From: a virus
Lineage: Duplodnaviria; Caudoviricetes
Direction: 5' to 3' (one strand)
Virus record (IMG/VR): IMGVR_UViG_3300049000_000025
Coordinates: 1-40,675 of that record
DNA: 40,675 bases
Position numbers and translations under genes: made by a program. A model generated the notes under the pieces. That model was given only the letters and a program-made list of their open reading frames with translations, was not told where the DNA came from and ran no database searches. Positions 17,636 through 26,584 of this stretch are shown here, one piece after another. Position 1 is the stretch's first letter. Each line of letters begins with the position of its first letter.

Positions 17636-19110
17636 TTGATGCCTGCTAACTTCTTGAAGTGGTCAGCCTGCGCCTGGGAGTCGAAGGGATGCACGGAGCC
17701 GTCTGGCGCAGCGACAGAAATCTTTCCGCCCGAAGCTTCCCCAGATCTACCACCAACAAAGCTACGCAAAGATTCCTGCGCATTCTTTACGGTGTTCGGG
17801 AGTTGCGACTCGTAAACCTTGCTGGGTGCGGCATCCTTCCATTGCTGCTCGAAGGTATCCAGCTTATCAAGCATAGACCCCGCCTGCGTCTTGATCGCAA
17901 TGTCGCGGTTAAAAGTCGCGTTGAGTGTCGCCTTTAGATCCTTGATGGAAGTGTCTGTCGTGTGACCATAGAAACCAGCCAATTCAGGCGCAAGGGTATC
18001 TACCTTGTTCTGGTATGCTTGATGCGCCGCACTTCCGGGGATTCGGCTTGCCACAGTATTAAGTGCAGCCAACTCCTGCAAGTGTTTCGCTACCGTTGCG
18101 CCAGAGTTAAGCTGCTGGCCTTCTTTGCCGCCACCCTCAATTGTCTTGACGAGAGCCGTGTACGCATCAATTTTGCTCGTATCGAAATCAGGGTACTTCT
18201 GCGCAACGGCGGAGATGAGTCCAGGATTCTTGGTAAGAATACGCGAAAGATTGCCCGCATTGATGCGCCCGCTTCCGATGGCATCCACAACGGGAAGCGG
18301 TTGACCATCGTCTCCCAGCCCAGCTTGGTTTTTCTGGAACTGTAGCCGACCATTTTCGATGGCTATCTTCTGCCTGTCCCGAGCATCAGTCAAATTTTGC
18401 CCACGTCTGGTGGTTGCATCCGACTGCGCACGGGCACTCAATTCTCCTTGCTTGTACATGGCATCAGCAGCATTCCGGCTGGCTTGTTGCGCAAGATCGA
18501 CAGACTTTTGGTTTTGGTCTATCTGCTTTGCTTGCAAATCCATCACTTCTTTTGCCTTTAGTGCTTGACTTTGCACTCCGACCAGCGCTTGCGGGTCGAA
18601 CTGTTCAGGAAGCTCCGTAGGATCAGAAAGCTTGCTTTGAATCGCATATTGTCGAAGTTGCTGGTAAACCTGCGGCTGCAACTCTTTCGGAGCGGATAGA
18701 ACTCGAGTAGCGAAACCGCTCATCAGATCAACATGCTTCCCGAGGTTTTCGAGCGCAGTTTTTTGTTGATCCAGCATATCCTTCTGTTTCGTAAGATCCT
18801 GCTTTTGCCATTCCTGCTGCAACCCAAAGGCAGCATTTCCTTGTTTGGATTCCTGCAATTTTTGCAGCACAAGAGCACGATTCAATGTCGGAAGACCTGT
18901 GTCCTTATCAATCGTAAGTCCGGTCGTCATGGCATCGTTGACGGCGGAAGCAGTCTCTTGCTGCTTCTGGATTCCCTGGATCTCGAGATCGCGCACCTGC
19001 CGCTGCTGTGCTGCGTCCTTCAACTGCGCGGCAACCTGATACTGACGATACGGGTCTGCGGGCTGGTCAACAGGCTTGACGCCGAGGATGATAGACGGGT
19101 CGAGGGCCAT
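17632..19110 (-). CDS. DNA ejection / internal virion protein
   Basis: MALDPSIILG N-terminus, Q/A-rich coiled coils. Confidence 0.7.
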   Translation of the reverse strand: MALDPSIILGVKPVDQPADPYRQYQVAAQLKDAAQQRQVRDLEIQGIQKQQETASAVNDAMTTGLTIDKDTGLPTLNRALVLQKLQESKQGNAAFGLQQEWQKQDLTKQKDMLDQQKTALENLGKHVDLMSGFATRVLSAPKELQPQVYQQLRQYAIQSKLSDPTELPEQFDPQALVGVQSQALKAKEVMDLQAKQIDQNQKSVDLAQQASRNAADAMYKQGELSARAQSDATTRRGQNLTDARDRQKIAIENGRLQFQKNQAGLGDDGQPLPVVDAIGSGRINAGNLSRILTKNPGLISAVAQKYPDFDTSKIDAYTALVKTIEGGGKEGQQLNSGATVAKHLQELAALNTVASRIPGSAAHQAYQNKVDTLAPELAGFYGHTTDTSIKDLKATLNATFNRDIAIKTQAGSMLDKLDTFEQQWKDAAPSKVYESQLPNTVKNAQESLRSFVGGRSGEASGGKISVAAPDGSVHPFDSQAQADHFKKLAGIK

Positions 19111-19841
19111 TACAGGGTCATCCCGTACGCCGTCAGTGGGTTCGTCTTCATGCTGTTATTGAAACTGTACTGATTGGCGGCTCCGGAGACTCCATTGATG
19201 ATGCCGTTATAGGCATTCTGCTGGCCGATGATCCCTGCCGCCTGCGCGTTTCCTGCCTGCGTCTGAAGATTCGCAACACCCGAAGCCGTGCCCAGATCCG
19301 CGCTCGATGCGCTATTCGTAGCATTCAAGCCGAGACCGGCTACGCCAGCAAGCTGGTTGTAATTCTGTTGCGAGGTGGCAAGATAGCGATTGTAAGCATC
19401 GCCGTACGTCGTATTTGCCAATCCAGTTGCATACTGAGTCTGCGCCTTGAGTGTTCCGCCTGAAAGTGCATTCCCCTTTGCGGCGGCGCTGGAATTGATC
19501 GCGTTCTGGCCCTGCTGAAGCGTGAACTGATATCCCGGATCGCTCATGAAGTCGCTCATGTTGAAAGCGGTGGGATTGGTTACACTGCTGGTCAGCTTGC
19601 TAAGCGCCGAAGTTCCCGCCGCTTGGTAGGGCTGGTAGTTCTGCTGGACGCCTTGGTTGGCAGTATTGAGGGTATTCTGCGCATTCTGTGAGGCGTTTTG
19701 CTGCGCTGTAGCAGCGTCAGATGCGGCCCCGGCACCCATAATGCCGCCGATGGTACTTCCGATAGCTCCGACCACGCTGCCGAGCTTCATCCGCGCGTGC
19801 TGGCGATAGCGTCGGTCGTCGTATACCCAGGTTTCCATCAT
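19110..19841 (-). CDS. DNA transfer protein (P22 gp7-like)
   Basis: Gly-rich N-terminus, PY..AG..AL, DPGYQF...QG..AI..SAAA.G..LSG.TLKA. Confidence 0.8.
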   Translation of the reverse strand: MMETWVYDDRRYRQHARMKLGSVVGAIGSTIGGIMGAGAASDAATAQQNASQNAQNTLNTANQGVQQNYQPYQAAGTSALSKLTSSVTNPTAFNMSDFMSDPGYQFTLQQGQNAINSSAAAKGNALSGGTLKAQTQYATGLANTTYGDAYNRYLATSQQNYNQLAGVAGLGLNATNSASSADLGTASGVANLQTQAGNAQAAGIIGQQNAYNGIINGVSGAANQYSFNNSMKTNPLTAYGMTL

Positions 19842-19874
19842 GCTATGACCTTCTCACGGTTGCCCAAGCCATAT

Positions 19875-20324
19875 TTACTCCAAAGTTCGGCAAAATGTTC
19901 TTTCCACTTCATGATAACCAATTCTCAAGAAGAGTGAGGATAAATTCTTATCCTTCTTGCAGCCGACGTACAAATTCTTCACTCCAATGCTTTTCAACGA
20001 TGCCTCCGTTGCTCGAAATAGGTTCACGCCTGACCACCCTTTGCGGTGTTCTGGAAGCATAAAGAAGAATGTCGTCGAAGCAACCACGCTGTCTTTGGAA
20101 TGAATATGTGGGCGAATGATGCACATTTGATAGCCCACGATCTTTTTATCTTCCCGCGCCACAATGAAGTGAACCGCCCCCATGTTTTCAAGTTCCGCAT
20201 AGGTGAGCCAATCAAAGCCGAGGCAGATCCCTTCAAAGTCTGGAGTGACGTCCTGCCAATGCGCCCTAAATATCGGCTCTAGCTCTGCGCGATTCTCCAT
20301 CAGGCCTTCGCGGGAGAATGTCAT
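19875..20324 (-). CDS. GNAT acetyltransferase
   Basis: FFMLPEHRKGWSGVNL acetyl-CoA motif; position before ejection genes. Confidence 0.8.
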   Translation of the reverse strand: MTFSREGLMENRAELEPIFRAHWQDVTPDFEGICLGFDWLTYAELENMGAVHFIVAREDKKIVGYQMCIIRPHIHSKDSVVASTTFFFMLPEHRKGWSGVNLFRATEASLKSIGVKNLYVGCKKDKNLSSLFLRIGYHEVERTFCRTLE

Positions 20325-20662
20325 TGGATCAATAGGGCGCTCCCCTGCGCGACGATGGAGCCTGACTGATCGGCTACCGCCTGGATGGTCGAATTCGAGG
20401 GGAGAATGTGGCCCTCCGCCGGGTAGCATTCGTAAGTTTCCCCCGGAGCCAGCGTTCTGGACTTCACAAGAGCGGTCGAATCATCCACCGGCTGGCTTGG
20501 ATTCAGGAGATAGACCGAAATGTTCCTCGCCGTACCTGTAGGATTCGCAAAAGTCATCTTGGAGATGCGCATGCTGGAGTTTGCGGGAACCGTATAAAGC
20601 GTCGTCGCCGCTGAGCCTACCTGCTGTGCGCGAAAGATCTGCGTGGGCGTAATCGTTGCCAT
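20321..20662 (-). CDS. Small beta-rich virion protein
   Basis: TTLYTVPAN..., TLAPGETYEC motifs; within tail operon. Confidence 0.65.
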   Translation of the reverse strand: MATITPTQIFRAQQVGSAATTLYTVPANSSMRISKMTFANPTGTARNISVYLLNPSQPVDDSTALVKSRTLAPGETYECYPAEGHILPSNSTIQAVADQSGSIVAQGSALLIQ

Positions 20663-21286
20663 TTATTCTCCGTTCGCATGCCAAAAGGCTTGCACTGATG
20701 CAGGATGCACTACTGAGGAAACGAAATTTGCCGTGAATCCCGTCGCTGTTACGGCTGATGGATAGCAAGTACTATCTGCGGTATTGGCGACGCAAACTAC
20801 GGTCGGAACATTGGTAAACGGTACCGGGAAAATCACAGCAACGGCACCGATACCCAGAGGCTGCTCCGCGGACGTGCCCCATTCGATCTTCGTCCCATCG
20901 CCAAACGCCAAAGATTCGCCATTGCTATTCGATACCTTAGACGGACCACCATTCGAAGCCGCTGTAACCCTTCCATACTGGTCTACAGTGACGTTTGCGG
21001 ATGTGTACGGCCCCGGAACTACGGAAGTGGCCTCTAAGCCGCGTGGCGTGTCAGTAAACAGGGCACCCAAATAGGGTAATGACTGGGTAACGTCCAGAGT
21101 TCCGCTGACGCCCTGCTGCTCACTGTCCAGGAGTAAGGATTCGAAGTCGGCCGACGTTCCACCGCCACCCGTAGATCGGCCAATCACAGAGAACACGTTC
21201 TGAAAGAATAGCGCCCACGGCCTAGTTATCAAGCCCGTGTTCGGGTCTACTACAGCATTCTGGATAGGTGGGATAAAACCTGCCAT
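20663..21286 (-). CDS. Tail needle/fibre-like protein
   Basis: VDPNTGLITRPWALFF N-terminus after the gp10-like gene; VTVD.YGRVTAASNG repeat. Confidence 0.65.
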   Translation of the reverse strand: MAGFIPPIQNAVVDPNTGLITRPWALFFQNVFSVIGRSTGGGGTSADFESLLLDSEQQGVSGTLDVTQSLPYLGALFTDTPRGLEATSVVPGPYTSANVTVDQYGRVTAASNGGPSKVSNSNGESLAFGDGTKIEWGTSAEQPLGIGAVAVIFPVPFTNVPTVVCVANTADSTCYPSAVTATGFTANFVSSVVHPASVQAFWHANGE

Positions 21287-22699
21287 TTAGCGGTCACCTG
21301 ATAAATCAAGGTACGCATTGCTGATGAAGCAGCGCACTGGATCTGTCACCTTCAGCTCAAATACACGGTTTCGCGCCTGTCCTAGCCGACGATAGATGAC
21401 GCGCTTCGTGCCTTCACCGATTTTTCCCATGGAAGCGTACTTTTCATTGCTCCACGTCTTGCCTGAATCATCGGAAAATCGCAGGATAGCTTGCGGATCG
21501 GTCACACCATCTCCAAGCCCGGTCTCCATATCAATTTCGATGGAATGAAAGGTAATGCGCGTATTCTCACTGTTGATGACTGGTGCTCTGCGGAGGCGCG
21601 TGATTGCGTTTCCAGCGTCCGTGTAAACATCCGGCGTCATTTCATAGATATTTCCGTCCGCATAGGAACCCACAAGGTGCTTGCCAAAGCCGAAGCAGTG
21701 ATTGCGCGGCAACGCCTGCTCCAGCACTCCATCTCCCGTGTATGCCCGCTCGTGCCACATGCCTGTTATCGCGTCAAAGGCCCACGTTTTCCCCGCTGAG
21801 GGAAAGTTCAGGACGTAGAACGAGTGCCCGTCTTGCTGATACGTCCAGGCTTCGGCGTCACTGATCTTTGGATAACGCTGTATTTCCTGCTCCATGGCGT
21901 GCGTTGAGACGCGAACCGGCGCATATCCTTGCGCACGAAGGACAACACCTTGCCCATATTCATCCTTTGCCAACCAAAATACCGTGTTTTCGAGCAATTT
22001 AGGGCTGAACTTAGCTGCGCAGCCACGCTTGATGAAAGCACCCTGAATTCTCTGAAAGGGGAAATTCGGGTCTCCAGAGTCGTACCAAACCTCTGTACTC
22101 GTATCCCCGAACAGCCAAACGTTTTGACCATCGGAGAGCAGCGATATGAGCTTATCGGGTGAACCTTCTGCGGCGGCAAACGCCAAACCGTCAATATCCG
22201 GTGTATAAAGGCCAGTGATCCAGAAATCCTGTGTTCCAGGCTGATTGAAGATGAAATACCCATCCTGAAAAGCTACCGTATCGCCGCCATGGAAGTCTTC
22301 ATCCAGAATTCGCGCGAATGCTCCCGTCGTCAGGTCATACGTGTAGCCGTTTGGCCCATCCACAATGAAGAGCACAAGTCCGTTATCCGCTATGGACACA
22401 ATTCCATCATGCGTTAGCAGAGAACCCAACTGCGTGTTCGTGTAGTCCGCATGCAGCTCTACCAGCGTATTGCCGGAAACTTCGAAAACCCTACCCAGAG
22501 ACGATGCGTAGAAGCAGCGACTTGGATTTGTGCCATTGATGTTGGTGAGCAGCTTCAAACCCGGCGTACCGATGTACGTAATTGCTGCTTTCCCCGCTCC
22601 AGATTCGTCCTGCTGCGGGATAAGGTTGATGCACCTCTGGCAGTCCGCGCTCACGCTCTGGAGGGAGTAAGTGCTCGAAACGAAGCCCTTGTACAACAT
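21287..22699 (-). CDS. Packaged-DNA stabilisation / tail hub protein (P22 gp10-like)
   Basis: 470 aa beta-rich; DGYFIF, AEGSPD, G..STEVW, SDD.G.TWS, RRLG..R.RVFEL. Confidence 0.85.
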   Translation of the reverse strand: MLYKGFVSSTYSLQSVSADCQRCINLIPQQDESGAGKAAITYIGTPGLKLLTNINGTNPSRCFYASSLGRVFEVSGNTLVELHADYTNTQLGSLLTHDGIVSIADNGLVLFIVDGPNGYTYDLTTGAFARILDEDFHGGDTVAFQDGYFIFNQPGTQDFWITGLYTPDIDGLAFAAAEGSPDKLISLLSDGQNVWLFGDTSTEVWYDSGDPNFPFQRIQGAFIKRGCAAKFSPKLLENTVFWLAKDEYGQGVVLRAQGYAPVRVSTHAMEQEIQRYPKISDAEAWTYQQDGHSFYVLNFPSAGKTWAFDAITGMWHERAYTGDGVLEQALPRNHCFGFGKHLVGSYADGNIYEMTPDVYTDAGNAITRLRRAPVINSENTRITFHSIEIDMETGLGDGVTDPQAILRFSDDSGKTWSNEKYASMGKIGEGTKRVIYRRLGQARNRVFELKVTDPVRCFISNAYLDLSGDR

Positions 22700-23409
22700 C
22701 AGCCAACCTCGCCAGTGATTCTATTGAACGATCCGCCGGGCAAGCCAACATCGCAAACCAGCGTGATATCGGTAGCGTTCAGGCGCTGGATATTTTCCTT
22801 CGACTGCTGCGCGATTGCTACTACGGAAGCTGAAGCATCTTTGCCGTACTCCGGGGCCAACTCAATCGCGAGGTTGTAACGAAATGCCCTCTCATACCCC
22901 GGAGCGAGCACAAGCGTCTGGTTGATGCTTGGCACCTGGTCGAGCAAATCTGAGGTGTAAAAGCGAATCCTCGTACCAGCCTGCGGCACCGGGTACACAA
23001 ACAGTTGGTAAAGCTCAATGCCGGGATTCAGAAAGTACCCCTGCGGAATCGGCGTTTGGTAGCCAATCACTGCGATGGAGGAATACTGATCCAGACTCAA
23101 TCCATATAGCGGCAAGAACACGTCCTGAGGCGCATTCTGATAGGCCACAGAGAAGTCGGTGATCGCGGTAGGTCGTGGGATATCAATATCGCCACCCGGC
23201 CCGATGGTATAGACCTGCTTAGCCGTTGTGAGGGTGATGATGCGCTCAGTCACTCCCATTACGGACAGGCTCTCCGTGCTCCACGATTCGATCATGGAGT
23301 TAAAAGAAGCTAAGGCGTCCTGCGCTCCGGATGCGCTTACCGCCTCACCTTCAGCCAAGACGCCCAGCAGCCGCAAACTTCCATTGATGAGACCGCGAGC
23401 AGTTGCCAT
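22699..23409 (-). CDS. Head-tail adaptor (P22 gp4-like)
   Basis: TAR.LI..SLRLLGVLA.GE...DAL..N.M..SW; YNLAIELAPEYG. Confidence 0.8.
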   Translation of the reverse strand: MATARGLINGSLRLLGVLAEGEAVSASGAQDALASFNSMIESWSTESLSVMGVTERIITLTTAKQVYTIGPGGDIDIPRPTAITDFSVAYQNAPQDVFLPLYGLSLDQYSSIAVIGYQTPIPQGYFLNPGIELYQLFVYPVPQAGTRIRFYTSDLLDQVPSINQTLVLAPGYERAFRYNLAIELAPEYGKDASASVVAIAQQSKENIQRLNATDITLVCDVGLPGGSFNRITGEVG

Positions 23410-23418
23410 GCGCTTATC

Positions 23419-23694
23419 TTACTTCGTCTTCTTCGCTACTGCTACCTTTTCGACACCATGCACAGGTTCCGCTCCGAACTTGGAATCCGCGCCAGTCTTC
23501 TCATTTGCGTGAATATCCTGCACGGGCACCTTGGCTTCAGCGACTTCGCCCGTCGCCTCGTACTCGATTGCCTTTACGGGCTTCTCGTGCCAGCCTTTGC
23601 CAAGCGCGTCCTGCTCATCCTGGTTATGAACGGTTACCGGCTTATCGTGGCCATGATAGAGCATTTTCGGGAATTCGTGATGTTTGGTAGTCAT
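23419..23694 (-). CDS. Small head-associated hypothetical protein
   Basis: EFPKMLYH...V....E..ALG.GW...P; follows coat gene; RBS GAGGT. Confidence 0.7.
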   Translation of the reverse strand: MTTKHHEFPKMLYHGHDKPVTVHNQDEQDALGKGWHEKPVKAIEYEATGEVAEAKVPVQDIHANEKTGADSKFGAEPVHGVEKVAVAKKTK

Positions 23695-23707
23695 ATATCA
23701 CCTCAAA

Positions 23708-23736
23708 GAAAATAAGGGCCAGCCGAAGCCAGCCCT
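23708..23736 (-). terminator. Intrinsic terminator after the coat gene
   Basis: GGGCTGGC-TTCG-GCTGGCCC-TTATTTT on the minus strand. Confidence 0.75.
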
Positions 23737-23747
23737 TTTTTTACGGT

Positions 23748-24965
23748 TTATGCCCAGACTCTTACGCCAGCTTCTGGGCGCGTCACAGCGAAACCCCACA
23801 AAATGTCGAAGCGAGAGAGCCAGACATCGTTGGTGGAATCGTAGTCGCGGACGAAGCGCATGCGCACGCCGGAGTCAGGATCTGATGCCTGATACGCCAT
23901 ATCGACGCCGTTCGGAACCTCAAGAGGAACCGAAGCGAAGGTATAAGCATCAGGGTTGAAGACCAGATTCTGGGGAGACTGCAAGCCAGCAGCAGCGAAG
24001 AATGCCAGAGCAGCGCCGTTTGCAGGCGAGTTTGTCACATTCTGGTAGTTGCCGGTGGACACAATGGCAGGAGAGATCGGGATGGTAGCAGCTCCCGTTC
24101 CGTCCGAAGAGACTGCCGCAGTGACCGTGAACTGCTGAAGCTGTCCCGTGCTGAGCTTGTTCATCGGATTGACAGAGAACACACCCGCAACCGTGAACAC
24201 ATCACCCTGGTTGAGGCGAAGCGCAGCAGCAGCCGTCCAGCCGTTCGTGACGAGCGTAGAGCCGGTCTGGTTGGCTCCATTGACGAGAGGCGTACCACCC
24301 AGAGGCCCAAAGGTCTGCGTCGGCATGTTCTGATCCATGCCCCAAGACATACCGAGAGTACCCTGCGACACATCACCGGTGAGGTACTGGTCGCTAATCG
24401 TCTTGCCGGGATTGAAGAGCCCTTTGAGGTTATCCACGAGAGACGCATTGGTCAGCGGGTCCATGACAACCGTACGGCCAGCACGAGGAACAGCAAGCTT
24501 GTCCAGCTTAGCCATCGCATTCACGAAAGGCGTAAGGCCAGTGGGAGTGGTGCCGGGAGTTCCAACGGAGTTGGCGGTACCCGAAACTGCCAGAGCAACG
24601 GCCTGAGCATCCACGAGATTCGCCAGCGTGCTCATCGCATTTACGAGATAACGCTTGCGGAAATCGGTAATGGTAAGGGCGAAGTCGGCCGAAGTGAACT
24701 GGAAGGCGATGTGATTCTGGTTCAGAATCGACATCACGGTATTCTGTTCGGTCACATCCTGAATGAAGGCCACGCGGCCATTCGCGCCGACGAACTGTAC
24801 CGGCTTGCGAATCAGCACCGTGTTGCCCGGCTTGTTGCCGTTGTAGGTGCCGTCGAAGTCCGACTGGTAATCCTTGTTGACGTGGCGGATGAACGCCAGG
24901 TTGTTGAGGTAAAGCTCAAGGGCATCGCGAGCGATGATCTGGGGGGTGAGAAGGGTATTCGCCAC
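23748..24965 (-). CDS. Major capsid protein (P22 coat gp5 family)
   Basis: MANTLLTP.II.R.AL..., G.TV.IRKP, GDVFTVAGV, RFDILWG...RPE. Confidence 0.9.
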   Translation of the reverse strand: MANTLLTPQIIARDALELYLNNLAFIRHVNKDYQSDFDGTYNGNKPGNTVLIRKPVQFVGANGRVAFIQDVTEQNTVMSILNQNHIAFQFTSADFALTITDFRKRYLVNAMSTLANLVDAQAVALAVSGTANSVGTPGTTPTGLTPFVNAMAKLDKLAVPRAGRTVVMDPLTNASLVDNLKGLFNPGKTISDQYLTGDVSQGTLGMSWGMDQNMPTQTFGPLGGTPLVNGANQTGSTLVTNGWTAAAALRLNQGDVFTVAGVFSVNPMNKLSTGQLQQFTVTAAVSSDGTGAATIPISPAIVSTGNYQNVTNSPANGAALAFFAAAGLQSPQNLVFNPDAYTFASVPLEVPNGVDMAYQASDPDSGVRMRFVRDYDSTNDVWLSRFDILWGFAVTRPEAGVRVWA

Positions 24966-24977
24966 TTTTTACGCTCC

Positions 24978-25766
24978 TTAGCGTGTCGTGAGAGCCCTCC
25001 GCTGCCTGAAGTATTCCGCGTCGTCATCAATCTTGCCGAGATTTGCGATGGCCTGACGTGATGCTGCTACGGGTTTGATCGGGGCGGGAGTAGGCGTGAT
25101 CGGTGCCTGCTTCTTAGCAGGGGCGGACGTGAGCCGCGCCTCGATCTTGGCAACTTCCCGCGCTACTTTACGAGAATCGGTCATCTCCGCAATGCGGTTG
25201 GCCTCATCCGGGTTTTTTGCGAAGTGATAGAGCAGTGCTGGCCCCATATCACTCTCCTGAAGTTCCTGAATCATGAGAGGCGTGCTCTGAAATGCAGCAT
25301 CCTCCATGACTTCATCGAAATCAGGCTGTACCGCACGAAACGCTGCGATATCCGCTTGAACCTTTTTCTGTAGCGACGACTGAGACTGCTTGGCTTCTTC
25401 CGCTTGGCGAGTTTCCCGCTCGGTCTTTGAGCGCTGCTCGTATTTCCAGTCGGCTAGAGCTTCTACAAACTCAGAGGCGGTTGCAAAATCATCTTCCTTT
25501 GGCTTGCCTTCCGTATTCGGCTTTACTGTGCGCGCTTCCTCGGCTTTCTTCTGCTCAAGTTCTACGCGAAGGCGCTCTGTTTCACGACGGGCCTCAGCTG
25601 CTTCCCATGTAAGACGAGCGATTCGTTTCTCAGCACGATCCGGTTTGGCTACTTCAGGAATAGGGGCGGTTTCGTCCGGCGCTGACGCGGACTCTACGGG
25701 CTGCTCGGCTTCGGCAGGTGCAGCGATCTCTTCGGTTGTTTCGACTGGCTGTAGATCTTCAGGCAT
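24978..25766 (-). CDS. Scaffolding protein
   Basis: Acidic N-terminus, KRI..LT, PDFDEV, GP.L.Y..AKNP.EA.RIA; precedes coat gene. Confidence 0.8.
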   Translation of the reverse strand: MPEDLQPVETTEEIAAPAEAEQPVESASAPDETAPIPEVAKPDRAEKRIARLTWEAAEARRETERLRVELEQKKAEEARTVKPNTEGKPKEDDFATASEFVEALADWKYEQRSKTERETRQAEEAKQSQSSLQKKVQADIAAFRAVQPDFDEVMEDAAFQSTPLMIQELQESDMGPALLYHFAKNPDEANRIAEMTDSRKVAREVAKIEARLTSAPAKKQAPITPTPAPIKPVAASRQAIANLGKIDDDAEYFRQRRALTTR

Positions 25767-25821
25767 TTTATTGTCCTTTGCGCGATTAACGTTCGCGTTG
25801 ACGGTAATGAGAATACATTAT

Positions 25822-25853
25822 CACGAGCAGCCACCATGAGATAGCTGCTCGTG
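25822..25853. terminator. 10-bp perfect hairpin between genes (terminator or processing site)
   Basis: CACGAGCAGC-N12-GCTGCTCGTG; no clear U-tract. Confidence 0.45.
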
Positions 25854-25862
25854 CAGGAAAAA

Positions 25863-26093
25863 CTAAACGGTGGGTTCAGCCGCGGTAACAGGTGCGTCTG
25901 GCTGAAGGTCATCAATCGCCTGGAGCTTGGCCTGGATTGCCGTCGCCTTGGCAATTGCGCCAGTCAAATCCACGTCGGAACCCTCGTTCGCTGCCTTCAG
26001 TTCATCGATCAAAGTCTGCTGTTCGGTTGCAATCTTGTCGATCTCGGTTCCGATTGCGTCGAGTGATGCGTTCAAATCGTCGATAGCTGCCAT
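25863..26093 (-). CDS. Small acidic coiled-coil protein
   Basis: MAAIDDLNASLDAI..., RBS GGAG; an in-frame upstream start at 26219 would add a TM segment. Confidence 0.7.
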   Translation of the reverse strand: MAAIDDLNASLDAIGTEIDKIATEQQTLIDELKAANEGSDVDLTGAIAKATAIQAKLQAIDDLQPDAPVTAAEPTV

Positions 26094-26194
26094 ATTTTCT
26101 CCATGAAATTTACGGATTTTACTGCGTTGAAGGAAGTAGAGCGCAATCTGTACTACGCCCAAAAGAAAGAGAGAATCTGAGGTCGTCAGCCCTG

Positions 26195-26584
26195 TCAAAT
26201 GCACTGAGTTTTCTTCCATTCCCGATAAAGGCGAGGACCTGGACCCATCAATTTATCGTTCTGGTGATAAAGGATTAAATACAAATAACTCGATAGGGGG
26301 CTTTTGTGCCCCCAAGTAAGAGAGTTTTCAACCACAGTGCGCCACATGATGAATGCATAACGATATAAGGTGCGGTACGCATGTGCCGTGTATGGGCTTT
26401 GCCGATTTCTCTTACCTACCAAAAGATCGCTCTGTAGATTGAAAAAGGCTACCCGTAGCCTCTCGATTAGAGGCTCTGCGGCTCTCTTCCTGGCCCAGCG
26501 CTCCTCTGATTGCCTAACCTGTTTACGATACGCAATCTTCTCAGGAGTCTCTTCCATGTACGCTTCCATCGGTTTTAGATTCAC
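26195..26584 (-). CDS. Hypothetical basic protein
   Basis: Coupled to the portal stop; 129 aa. Confidence 0.5.
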   Translation of the reverse strand: MNLKPMEAYMEETPEKIAYRKQVRQSEERWARKRAAEPLIERLRVAFFNLQSDLLVGKRNRQSPYTAHAYRTLYRYAFIMWRTVVENSLTWGHKSPLSSYLYLILYHQNDKLMGPGPRLYREWKKTQCI

